Notes: generated by a model not told the origin, from the sequence alone. DNA of 63,668 bases, filler included, from Octopus bimaculoides (GCF_001194135.2; 5 parts of 5 records of this genome joined end to end with filler, not necessarily neighbours in it); one strand, 5' to 3'; shown: positions 26,686 to 38,209, counted from the whole stretch's first letter. A program made the numbers and translations.

Positions 26686-26899
26686 ATCAGCATTGCCAGT
26701 AACATAGCTTGGACATTTATATTGTCACAGTACCCGCTACCACCACCAACGACATCAGCAGCGACTTTTCAACAGATATCAACTTCAGCTCCTTACACGT
26801 AGCTATCGTAGCCAATTGGCAACCAATTCCCTTATTCTTTCCCCACCTTACCACTTATCATCACAACACCCTCACACATTACTGAGAAAAGAAAAAACA

Positions 26900-28480
26900 G
26901 TTTTAGAAATTTCAAAATAGCACAATAGAACGTGTCCCACCAAGAAATAGATCCAAGGTTTTCAGACTACAAGAACACCAAAATCACCAACTGAGATCCA
27001 ATTACATACCTACCGCAGTCTAATTATGTATGCTCCTAAGAAGCAAATTCCTCAAGGCTACATAAAAATACAACTCTCATTATATACAAGAAATAACTGT
27101 CTTTGTAAAAACCAGAGACGACCCCAAACACAACAAACCAAAACTCACACGAATTGAAATGAAACTCAGCATGAACCAACTAAACGAGGAAATAAAGAAG
27201 TAATAATAATATGCCTACAAAAGTGTAAAATATTATCAGATTCATAAGGGGCAACATCAACCACAATGTAATAATCTATTTGACTACAACAATCTCAAAT
27301 AACATACCCACATTGCAATACTAAGCAACTGCTCTTATCATCAAAAGTTACCAACTGAAGTCAACGCAAAATCTAAAATACCTAAACGATTTTAAGCCTT
27401 CTATTTGATCAAATATATATAAAAAAAAAACAAATTCAAGATATAAAGATTGATAAATCTCAGCGACCAGGCAGTATTATAAACACATAACTAAACCACA
27501 CATACTCTGAATAAATCCTTAAAACCACTAACATCTACAACTACTGCTAGCATTATCATATTCCCAGAATCTGGAAAGTGTGTAGAAATGTAACCCAACA
27601 AAGCTGCAATCGAAGTAGCAACACAAACATTCATTCTCCTCTTCTGCACATCCTTCAAAATCTTAGATAGGTAATACTTAACATCGCTAGTTTACTCTTT
27701 ACTCTTTTACTCTTTTACTTGTTTCAGCCATTTGATTGCGGCCATGCTGAGGCACCGCCTTTAGTCGAGCAAATCGACCCAGGACTTATTCTTTGTAAGC
27801 CTAGTACTTATTCTATCGGTCTCTTTTGCCAGACTACAACCAGCATCGGTTGTCAAGCGATGTTGTGTGGACAAACTCAGACACAAACACACATACATAC
27901 ATATATATACATATATACGACGGGCCTCCTCCAGTTCCCGTCTACCGAATCCACTCACAAGGCTTTGGTCGGACTGAGGCTACAGTAGAATACACTTGCC
28001 CAAGGTGCCACGCAGTGGGACTGAACCCGGAACCATGTGGTTGGTAAGCAAGCTACTTACCACACACCCACTCCTAAAATCTCGAGAAAATTACAACACC
28101 AATTCTCATCATGAAACTCAAACACGATACTACTCACAAACCTGACAAAGAAAATGCTTAATTGCTTAGTCCGAATGCTTTTGATGTCAGTAAACCTTTC
28201 AAACCCTTTCCCTACTTGTCACTTTATACAAAAATTTCACCATACTGCTTAAGAAACACTGCAATGCGCTCGTTAGTAACTTGCTTGCTGGGCTACCTAC
28301 AGACAGTTCACAATAATAAGTATTTTCCTGAGTGATTCTCAGGAAAATACTCAAACCTATTCTTTACAACCAATAAATACACGACTTCCTACACCTCGAT
28401 CAAACATGCATTCAGTGTAATATACAGAATGTGGAACATATGAACACTGGGAAAACATGCTCTATGAATAATTTCTAATA
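26900..28480 (+). pseudogene. Highly decayed non-LTR reverse transcriptase remnant, split by a SINE
   Basis: A/C-rich sense strand with relic motifs AFDVSKPF (about 28177; cf. LDxxKAFD) and ILKPILYNQ*IHDFL (about 28345; cf. SPxLxNIYxHD). Confidence 0.35.
27691..28075 (-). mobile_element. SINE family A
   Basis: Full-length copy with a TTTACTC-type tail. Confidence 0.9.
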
Positions 28481-28571
28481 CACAGCTACGGGCAAAGGGT
28501 TATAATGACACACACATTTGTTTCCTATATTTCAAGGAGTTTTATTGTGGTTTTAGGTTCCGTTCGTCACT

Positions 28572-28735
28572 TGAGTGGTCGTGCGGTAAGTAGCTTGCTT
28601 ACCAACCACATGGTTCCGGGTTCAGTCCCACTGCGTGTCAACTTGGACAAGTGTCTTCTACTATAGCTTCGGCCCGACCAAAGCCTTGTGAGTGGATTTG
28701 GTAGACGGAAACTGAAAGAAGCCCGTCGAATATAT

Positions 28736-28796
<61 letters not shown>

Positions 28797-29082
28797 AGTG
28801 TGTGTGTGTGTGTGTGTGCGTGTGGGTGTGTGTGCGTGTGCGTGTGTGGGTGTGTGTGTGTTTGTGTTTCGGTGTTTGTCCCCCCTCCCCAACATCGCTT
28901 GACAACCGATGCTGGTGTGTTTACGTCCCCGTAACCTAGCGGTTCGGCAAAAGAGGCCGATAGAATAAGTACTAGGCTTTCAAAGAATAAGTCTTGGGGT
29001 CGATTTGCTCGACTAAAGGCGGTGCTCCATCATGGCCGCAGTCAAACGATTGAAACAAGTAAAAGAATAAAAGAGTAAAAGT
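28572..29082 (+). mobile_element. SINE family A
   Basis: tRNA-like head with B box GGGTTCAGTCCC, core, (TA)n(TG)n insert, 3' block and AGTAAAAG tail. Confidence 0.9.
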
Positions 29083-29704
29083 ATAAGACTCGAACCAGTT
29101 TCATGGTAATTAAGACTTCGATTAAAGCCTTTGATATTGTTCTATAGTTAAGACACTTCAAGCATAAAGACTCGACTCGAGTACACATCTTGATTAGCAG
29201 AATAATATTTTGATTAATTAAATGGACTCCTATCGATTTCGACGCACTCATTCCAGTTGTTGTAGATATTCTAAGTGTAATCGGAGCGATTTCAGATCAA
29301 AGATTTCCAGTAAGAACGATAACATTTTTGTTTTCATTCATGCACTATGCAGCAGTACATAAGCCGTTGTTCGCTCCCTATTATTTTTAAATCACCGGAT
29401 ATAGAGTAAAAGAAATCTGGCTGTTACACCTAAGAAACCTATGGGCCGTGTAGAAAATCCCTTATTAGCTCGATTGTTCGGTTTGTTTCATCAACCGATA
29501 TACCTGTATATAGTGTAAATGGGTCAGTAATCAATAGACATTGTTCACCTTAACGTAATCCTTAAATACAATGAGTACCAGAGTGTGTGTATCAAATCTA
29601 GTTTGATTCAATTATACGCATTTCACTTATGAAATTTAAGCCAACACAGTATCATGTTGTACGTATGCGTATATGTCTGTATGCGGGAGTGTCTGTGTGT
29701 ATGT

Positions 29705-30085
29705 GGAGGCGCAATGGCCCAGTGGTTAGGGCAACAGACTCGTGGTTGTAGGATCGCGGTTTCGATTCCAAGACCGAGCGTTGTGAGTGTTTATTGAGCA
29801 AAAACACCTAAAGTTCCACGAGGCTCCAGCAGGGGATGGTGGCGAACCCTGCTGTACTCTTTCACCACAACTTTCTCTCACTCTTACTTCCTGTTTCTGT
29901 TGTACCTGTATTTCAAAGGGCCAGCTTTGTCACACACTGTGTCACGCTGAATCTCCCCGAGAACTACGTTAAGGCTACACGTGTCTGTGGAGCGCTCAGC
30001 CACTTACACATTAATTTCACGAGCAAGCTGTTACGTTGATGGGATCAACTGGAACCCTCATCGTCGTAACCGATGGAGTGCCAAC
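29705..30085 (+). mobile_element. tRNA-headed SINE group C, body Y + tail 2
   Basis: A box TGGCCCAGTGG and B box GGTTTCGATTCC; tail starts GTTGTACC at 29899. Resembles the octopus OR-type tRNA-derived SINEs (from recall). Confidence 0.85.
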
Positions 30086-30168
30086 CATGTGTGTATAAGT
30101 AGATATAAATATAGGTGCATATATATATATATAGAGAGAGAGATAGATAGATAGGCAGACAGATAGAC

Positions 30169-30231
<63 letters not shown>

Positions 30232-31006
30232 ACACAGAAAAGCAGGATGGAATGGAGTGGACAAGAGAAAAGAGCAAGCGAGGAGACACGTAGAACAGAG
30301 AGTCATTGAAGAGGTCACAGAATGAGTGACAACTGAAATCTGACAAACTAACAATGATAATGAAGCTAATGTGAAGATCAAATGAATACGGTGCGTGAGT
30401 TTATTGGCAAAATAACCGTCTACAAATCTGACAATATCTTTTTTCAATACACCATTTCGCATCAAGAATCATATGTATGTATTATATATATATAATCACA
30501 GTTGTATGACAACGACAGCGTAGCATCGAAATACAAGGGGGGAATCAAGACAAATAATATTATAAAATAAAATAAAATAGCGTAACTTGTACCATTATTA
30601 TCAGCGGAATTTTTCACTACTCTTCCGCCACCTTTCAGTCATGTTACAGAAGAATCTACTTAGGTTGCTTTGGAGCAGAGCTTAAGAAGATAAACAGCAA
30701 TTTAGAAATTGTTGGACTCTCATATACCCCAGCCATTATAACTACTATCACTATTACCGCTACGTCTAACGTCGTACTTTTAATTCTTCCTTACTCGCAG
30801 TGTATGTATGGGTGTATGTATGTATGTATGTAGGTTTTATTTAAGCATGTGTGCATGTGCGTGCATGTGTGTATGTGTATGCATGTGTGTGTATGTGTGC
30901 ATGTGTGTGTATGTGTATGCATGTGCATATAAATGTTTGTACACAGACAGATACACAAGCAACAATTATTTCTCTCGCTCTCGATATATGTATGTATGTA
31001 TGTATG

Positions 31007-31082
<76 letters not shown>

Positions 31083-31099
31083 CAGACAGACAGACAGAC

Positions 31100-31148
<49 letters not shown>

Positions 31149-31149
<1 letters not shown>

Positions 31150-31352
31150 GCGTTGTGAGAGTTTATTGAGCGAAGACACCTAAGCTACACGAGGCTCCGA
31201 GAGGGGGTGGGGGGTGGCGACCCCTGTTCCACTCTTTCGCCCCAACTTTCTCTCACTCTTTCTTCCTGTTTCTTGAGTAACGCTGCGATGGACTGGCGTC
31301 CCGTCCAGTTGGCGGGGGGGGGGGAACAAATACGCCATAAAAACCGGGAAAT
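31149..31352 (+). mobile_element. SINE group C, 5'-truncated, body Y + tail 1
   Basis: Body matches 29776-29898; the tail from 31274 matches 16296-16370. Confidence 0.8.
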
Positions 31353-32089
31353 AAAAATAAAAATATATAAGCCATATGTACATGCATACATGCACCTCTT
31401 TTCTTTCTATTATAGTTGTCGTCATCATTATCATGACAATAAACATCATCATTATTGCCCGTTTACTTAACCATTCATCGCTCTACCCATAACCGTTCCT
31501 CATAAAATTCATTCATCCCTCACCGTCGCTTCTACCACCACCATCACTACAGTAAAGACCGCTACCCCTTCATTATCTGGATACAACTGTTCACTACCGT
31601 CATACCCTCCTGACCTTCTGTAATATTCACTTCATAAAATAAATACGTTTGAAACAAATAGGTGACCAGCCTTCGGGTCATTAGCTATTTTCTATTTTCG
31701 AAAGGCGGGAAAAAGAAGGAAAAGAATGAACGAGTGAAAGAACAAAAGAGAGAAAGAAAATAGAAAATATATACATGCGCATATATATATATACACATAC
31801 ATGCATATATATATATGTGTGTATTTNNNNNNNNNNNNNNNNNNNNNNNNNNNNNNNNNNNNNNNNNNNNNNNNNNNNNNNNNNNNNNNNNNNNNNNNNN
31901 NNNNNNNNNNNNNNNNNNNNNNNNNNNNNNNNNNNNNNNNNNNNNNNNNNNNNNNNNNNNNNNNNNNNNNNNNNNNNNNNNNNNNNNNNNNNNNNNNNNN
32001 NNNNNNNNNNNNNNNNNNNNNNNNNNNNNNNNNNNNNNNNNNNNNNNNNNNNNNNNNNNNNNNNNNNNNNNNNNNNNNNNNNNNNNNNN

Positions 32090-32285
32090 AGAAGAAGAAG
32101 AAGAAGAAGAAGAAGAAGAAGAAGAAGACAAAGAAGAAGAAGAAGAAGAAGACAAAGAAGAAGACAAAGAAGAAGAAGACAAAGAAGAAGAAGACAAAGA
32201 AGAAGACAAAGAAGAAGAAGACAAAGAAGAAGAAGAACAAGAAGAAGAAGAAGAACAAGAAGAAGAACAACAACAAGAAAAAGAA
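32090..32285. repeat. (GAA)n array punctuated by GACAAA/CAA variants
   Basis: Seen directly; source of the polyE, polyK and polyR pseudo-ORFs. Confidence 0.95.
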
Positions 32286-32689
32286 AGATCCACTTTCAGA
32301 AAGAAAGAAACAAACAAACAAACAAAATGTGAAATAACATGATAGGAAGGAGTGAAGACGGAAAGTTGCTCAGGAAAAAGAAAGAACGAAGGAAAAGAAG
32401 GACGAAAGGAAGAAGAAAAGAAGGAAGGAAGGAGACAACAGAAGCAGGCAAACCGAGGGGAAAGGGAAAAGCGGCATGTTTGGCTGGTTCTATGATTAGA
32501 TGAGGTCATTTTGATAGTGACCATTTACTAAACAGGTAAAGTACAGTTCAAATGCGAGAGCAAAAACATGATTGTTATTTGCCAGATCGGAAGCGACTAT
32601 ATTTGCAACTAGTATTTAGTTGGCGCATAAATACGTATATAGCATACAATACACACGAACCGGCATCTCTCTCTCCCTCTCCCCTCTCC

Positions 32690-32753
<64 letters not shown>

Positions 32754-32754
32754 G

Positions 32755-32786
<32 letters not shown>

Positions 32787-32964
32787 GCTATCTAGCTATC
32801 TATTTATCTATCTATCGCTGTGAATGTGGGTATGTATGTGCGTACGTATGTATGTATGTGTGTGCGTCTGTGTGTGTGTAGCATGTAAATTGTTATTTAT
32901 ATAGATATGTTATTAAGCATAAATATGATTCATGTCAAATGCCTGGACAGAGAGGGAGGGCGAA

Positions 32965-33004
<40 letters not shown>

Positions 33005-33207
33005 TCTGAATGCAAATACGTGAATGCATATGGGCATGTATGTATGTATGTATGTATGTGTGTGTGTGTATGTATGCATACATGTATTATATATGTGAAC
33101 GTGCATGTATATGTGAATCTGTCTGTGAGTGCGTGTGAGAATGAGTCTGTGTAGATTATATATATATATGCACACACGCAATCGTTATAAATAAATGTAT
33201 ATATTCA

Positions 33208-33284
<77 letters not shown>

Positions 33285-33324
33285 TTAAGGAATTGAGTAA
33301 ACGCATGTTATAACTGCATACTTT

Positions 33325-33408
33325 ATTCCGACACATGTTTCGAAGAATTACAATTTATGCGATCCATAGGAATCGTCGTTGTTAAAAATGTAAATCTCCT
33401 CAGGGAAT
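33325..33408 (-). ncRNA. Mirror-image hammerhead motif in the left arm, stem II weakened
   Basis: Seen on minus: ATTCC-CTGAGGA-GA...TC-GAAA-CATGTG-TC-GGAAT. A 2-nt deletion shortens stem II relative to the right arm. Confidence 0.6.
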
Positions 33409-33495
33409 GTATAGGAACCATCTTAAGCGTAAGACATTATGACCGAGTATCATATTCGGTCATAATGTCCTACGTTTAAGATGATCTCCATACAT

Positions 33496-33579
33496 TTCCC
33501 TGAGGAGAAGTTTACATTTTTAACATCGACGATTCCTATGGATCGCATAAATTGTAATTCTTCGAAACATATGTCGGAA
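33496..33579 (+). ncRNA. Type I hammerhead ribozyme motif with palindromic stem III (Penelope-like pLTR type)
   Basis: Seen: stem I TTCC 33496-33499 / GGAA 33576-33579; core CTGAGGA 33500-33506; stem II GAAG 33507-33510 / CTTC 33560-33563, extended by TTACA/TGTAA; GAAA 33564-33567; palindromic stem III A-CATATG-T; GTC triplet, predicted cleavage after C33575. Matches the established CUGANGA...GAAA...NUH consensus. Confidence 0.8.
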
Positions 33580-33778
33580 TAAAGTATGCAGTTATAACAT
33601 GCGTTTAGTCCATTCCTTAAATTTATATATAATCAAATACCCAAAATATCAAGGAGTTTCTGTCTCACTAACAGGAATTACACCACAGTTATTTTGTGAT
33701 CTTTTCTACCTTGGTTTCTATTAACCCATTTATTCTATCCGAATTATTATTTATTAGGATAAAATAAATACATATAAT

Positions 33779-33843
<65 letters not shown>

Positions 33844-34047
33844 ATGTATACGCACTCATGTATGTATGTATATATATACAGGATTTCTCAAATTGCTTGG
33901 AGACGGACATATATCTCTCCTCTCTTCCATTTCTCTCTCTACGTATATGTGGTGTATGTATGTGTATATGTGTGTGTGTTTGCATGTGTGTGTGTGTATT
34001 TATATGTATGTATACATTATACATACACACTCTCGCACACATACACA

Positions 34048-34336
34048 AGTTTCAGCTGATTCGATCAGGAAGAGAGCCTGCTCCTGCAATTAACGTGAAA
34101 GTGGCTGAACACTCCACAGACACGTGTACACTTGACGTAGTCCTTCGGGAGATTCAGCGCCAAAGAGAATGCAAAAGGTTGGTCCTTTGAATTTCTGGTA
34201 CAACTGATTTTTACCAGCTGTGTGGAGCAACGTGAAGTAAAGTGTCTTGCTGAAGGATACAACGCGCCGCTGGGAATCCAACTTCCGACCTTACGATCGT
34301 AAGCCGAGTACCGTAACCACTAAGCCACTCGCTTTC
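34048..34336 (-). mobile_element. SINE group C, body X + tail 2
   Basis: Head and core match 16156-16295; the tail (GTTGTACC..CTGAATCTCCC..TACACGTGTCTGTGGAG) matches 29899-30060. Confidence 0.8.
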
Positions 34337-34361
34337 ACACATACATACATACATGCATACA

Positions 34362-34712
34362 CTATTTTACTTGTTTCAGTCTTTTGACTGTGGCCATGCT
34401 GGAACACCGCCTCTAGTCGAGCAAGTCGACCCCAGGACTTATTCTTCGTAAGCCTAGTACTTATTCTATCGGTCTCTTTTGCCGAACCGCTAAGTTACGG
34501 GGACGTAAGTACACCAGCATCGATTGTCGAGCGATGTTGTGTGGACAAGCACACACACATATGTATACATATATACGACAGGCTTCTTTCAGTTTCTGCC
34601 TACCAAATCCACTCACAAGGCTTTGGTCGGCCCGAAGCTATAGTAGAATACACTTGCCCAAGGTGCCACGCAGTGGGACTGAACCCGAACTATGTGATTG
34701 GTAAGCAAGCTT
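34362..34712 (-). mobile_element. SINE family A, 5'-clipped
   Basis: Matches the family consensus seen in this window. Confidence 0.85.
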
Positions 34713-35209
34713 CATTCCATCCCTTAACAATAGCTTCATCAACTGAACCATTGTATTAGGCTCTCTTCACTTTTCGATAAATCGATTGTAATTTCTGCCA
34801 CTCTGAGTTCGATCACAGTAAAAGGTTTTGCGATCCAGTGTAGAAGGACTGTATAAGGTAGAATCAATATTACTGACACTTTCTCTGGAAAGATGAGTCT
34901 ACTCTTCAGCTCCATTTGCATTACTCATTCAGAGGTTTCATCCAAAACACTACTGCATTTTTTTCTAAAGGTTTTTACCATCTCGCCTCAGAAATCTGTA
35001 TCTTGAGAGTGGTGTTGACGGTTGCTTGTAGATCTTTTCTCTCACCAGGTCCGTCCGAATGACAATTTCTTTCCTCCGCTTGCATCACGCTTTCCCTAGT
35101 GCTGTAGAGCACACGGCCAAAAGTAGATATGGTTCAGAGTGCAAAAGTTGCTTAACAACGAGTGAAATTAGTTTTTATAAAGGTTTCTGATTAAAGCGCA
35201 AGGGGCATT

Positions 35210-35395
35210 TTTAAGAAGGAAAATGGTCGATGTCACAGACACCAGTTCTTGATTACTACATATTCTATACACCTTGGAATGGTGAAAATCAAAGCTTACC
35301 TCAGCGGGATTTGAACTCAAAATGTAAAGATTTGAAATGAAAACTGCAAAGTACTTTCTTTTATGCTCTAAAAATTCAAATTGATCTTTATAAAA
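35210..35395 (-). mobile_element. SINE family B, diverged
   Basis: GGGATTTGAACTCAAAATGTAAAG B-box region on the plus strand. Confidence 0.5.
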
Positions 35396-35559
35396 TCGCT
35401 GCAGTAATTATTTAATATGTCAAGAAGTATGTTATTAGATTTATTTTACATTGAAGTGTACAAGAATTTTACTTTTCTTTTTCTTCTTTTTTTTTGGTTG
35501 TCTTTTTGCAATGTTTAGATCAAAATATGTGCGCAAATAGTAATATTCAGCTATGTTTT

Positions 35560-35780
35560 TATTTTTTTCGTTTAGATACGCTTTTAAAGAAAAGAAATTC
35601 CGTATTGACGAAGATGTTAAAAATCAATTGTCATTCTTTTTTTCTTTTTTTTTTCTGTTTTTTTTTTCTTTGAAACAGACACAACATTCTAAAAGCCACA
35701 GTCTACTGGAAAAGAAACAAAATAAAATATACCAATTTATTTGTCTACCATACAGAGTAGATGCATACACATGCGCTAAA
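35560..35780 (+). pseudogene. Possible ancient mariner transposase C-terminal remnant
   Basis: FKEKKFRIDEDVKNQLSFFF resembles mariner LxGKxFxxxEEVKxxxxxFF; the rest is badly decayed. Confidence 0.3.
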
Positions 35781-35941
35781 TTAGTTATACTGCAAAAATA
35801 GACAGGGTCTGGCAGGCCGGGCACTATTTCGAATACAGATGACAGAAACCTGAAATTCTAAGTTCTGCAAGGAAGAATCAAGTCTGCAATATATATATCG
35901 AGACATTACAACTGTTAAAAACAAGTCTGTTTGAAGAAGGA

Positions 35942-36545
35942 TCGGATCTATTTTAAAACGGGGGCCACATTTTTCATTAATGTTTTACGTAGTGTTTTTG
36001 GTACGGAAAGACTTTCAAACTTCGTATACTTATCTATTTTGTGTTATAGAACAGAAAAATATTTTTGTATTCGAATTTATTTCATGTAAAAAATTGTCTT
36101 ATTTCGATAATTTCAACCAATCACTGACAAGTATTCAGTTGTCTACATTTACTCCTTTGGCTGATTAAGCGATGTAAAGCGTATTTAATCTCCATACCTT
36201 CGTTTTATTTGCTTTTATCATTTTAAATTTGTTTTAACCCTAACCCTAACCTTAGGGTTAGGGTTAGGTTTAGGGTTAGGGTTAGGGTTAGAGTTAATTG
36301 TTTCAGAATCGTTTGTTTATGTAGTCGGCACTTAATGTCTATCGGCTGAATGGACGTAAGTGATTGGTTGAAATTACAGAAATACGACAACTTTAACATG
36401 GAATAACTTATGGATTTCTTTTTTTTTTAAGAAGACTAAGAGAAAAAGATGTTTTATATGACACATTCTACCAGTGTTCCAAGTTTCAAAGTGTTTCGTT
36501 AATGAAAAATGTGGCCCCCGTTTTAAAAAAGATCCGAAGGATCTT
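35942..36545. mobile_element. Non-autonomous element with subterminal inverted repeats and a 3' hairpin (Helentron/HINE-like), carrying telomeric repeats
   Basis: Seen: perfect 30-bp inverted repeat TTTTAAAACGGGGGCCACATTTTTCATTAA (35951-35980 / 36499-36528); terminal stem-loop AAGATCC-GAA-GGATCTT (36529-36545); internal (CCCTAA)/(TTAGGG) block. Helentron assignment is inference. Confidence 0.55.
36235..36293. repeat. Interstitial telomeric-type repeat, about 3 CCCTAA units followed by about 7 TTAGGG units
   Basis: Seen: TAACCCTAACCCTAACC-TTAGGGTTAGGGTTAGGTTTAGGGTTAGGGTTAGGGTTAGAG. Confidence 0.95.
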
Positions 36546-36614
36546 TCAACGTGGCTGAAATATGCTAGCTTAGCCTCTGTAAGATGCACTAAGATTTTGA
36601 TGATCAAGAAAACC

Positions 36615-36714
36615 NNNNNNNNNNNNNNNNNNNNNNNNNNNNNNNNNNNNNNNNNNNNTTAATTAATTAANNNNNNNNNNNNNNNNNNNNNNNNNNNNNN
36701 NNNNNNNNNNNNNN
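36615..36714. other. Artificial scaffold linker
   Basis: TTAATTAATTAA at 36659-36670 flanked by N runs. Confidence 0.95.
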
Positions 36715-36850
36715 TATATATATATATATGTATATATATATAGTAAAGTGTTGATAGTGTTACGTTTTTACATGGTTTACAATCGTTTCAAGAATGTGAG
36801 AATCATCACACATACATATATGTGTGTTATTCTTAAACAAGAATATAATT

Positions 36851-36895
36851 GATAGTGACTTCGAAGTTTCGGTATGCTAAGCCATCATCGGATTC
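36851..36895 (-). ncRNA. Degenerate hammerhead motif (core CCGATGA)
   Basis: Seen on minus: CCGATGA-T-GG...CC-GAAA, perfect palindrome ACTTCGAAGT (36858-36867), GTC triplet. The U4 position is mutated and stem I is bulged. Confidence 0.4.
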
Positions 36896-37730
36896 TATAC
36901 TTCTGTGCTCCTCAACAAAGTATAGAAGAACTCTTCAGATTTATGTAAAATTGTTTTTATTACACTTGAGCATAAAAAAGGGAACTTTAACACACACGCA
37001 CAAACAAATATATATATATATATATATATACAGACATGTAAGTACATACACATAATTATTCATGTACAAATAGCACAAACACCACGCACACACACACACA
37101 CACACACATATGGTGTACACACACACACATGCAGACACGAAAACTAATACGACGTTGAAATAAGTCTATAAATTGTATGTATTTTCATATATCCCGAGCT
37201 AACATGACACCGGAGAGACACGCTGTATCCCATCATACAATGCTTCATTCGCTGTAGATTTATTAGGTGGTGGGTGTTCTGGTAACGTCCAATACATTGT
37301 ACAATAGACAGTTTAACTTTAAGTCTCTTTCATATACACACTGTTATACTCCAACAGAAATTACAAAGACATACACATGTATATATATATGCTTTGAATG
37401 AACGTGTGTCCGTGCATATAATCTACATATAATCTAACATTTGTGTGCATCTCAACATATAATATTCCTGGAACCATTCTGAATGTGAAAGCATCGATGC
37501 CTCTCTAAACTCTCACTCTCTCCATATGTATACATAATATATAATGTGTGTGTGTGTGTGTGTATAACAATTTAACATAATGCACAACTTGAAACAGATC
37601 ATACCATTTCTAAAACCGAAACCAAATTGAAGAAAGGAAAAGTGCTCCTTTTCGTGCCGTCTTTCGTTAATGGAAACATTCATATTCATTTCTATATTTT
37701 AGCTATTTGATGCTGGGTAAGATTTGTGTG

Positions 37731-37775
<45 letters not shown>

Positions 37776-38162
37776 NNNNNNNNNNNNNNNNNNNNNNNNN
37801 NNNNNNNNNNNNNNNNNNNNNNNNNNNNNNNNNNNNNNNNNNNNNNNNNNNNNNNNNNNNNNNNNNNNNNNNNNNNNNNNNNNNNNNNNNNNNNNNNNNN
37901 NNNNNNNNNNNNNNNNNNNNNNNNNNNNNNNNNNNNNNNNNNNNNNNNNNNNNNNNNNNNNNNNNNNNNNNNNNNNNNNNNNNNNNNNNNNNNNNNNNNN
38001 NNNNNNNNNNNNNNNNNNNNNNNNNNNNNNNNNNNNNNNNNNNNNNNNNNNNNNNNNNNNNNNNNNNNNNNNNNNNNNNNNNNNNNNNNNNNNNNNNNNN
38101 NNNNNNNNNNNNNNNNNNNNNNNNNNNNNNNNNNNNNNNNNNNNNNNNNNNNNNNNNNNNNN

Positions 38163-38209
<47 letters not shown>

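Larger units (their letters stand above)
33281..33624. mobile_element. 344-bp foldback (inverted pair of Penelope-like pLTR fragments), each arm carrying a hammerhead
   Basis: Seen: 33281-33450 is the reverse complement of 33452-33624, about 11 substitutions plus 3 indel bases by manual alignment, with a 1-nt spacer, flanked by (TA)n. Penelope origin is inferred from the hammerhead type and the inverted arrangement. Confidence 0.75.

Noticed and set aside
29084-29180. Recurrent TAAGAC motif at roughly 15-40 bp spacing as a CRISPR-like array
   Set aside because: The repeats are too short and irregular, and the context is eukaryotic.
30058-30465. Minus ORF MMRNGVLKKDIVRFVDGYFANKLTHRIHLIFTL.. 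superficially like an innexin N-terminus
   Set aside because: Lacks the QYVG.PIxC motif and runs into (CTAT)n; the resemblance is only hydrophobicity plus KLTHR.
34870-34915. Minus-strand CTGAAGA...GAAA-GTG-TC as a hammerhead
   Set aside because: Neither stem I nor stem II pairs.
36235-36293. Ancient telomere-telomere fusion site
   Set aside because: The order is CCCTAA then TTAGGG, opposite to a fusion signature, and the block lies inside a repeat element.
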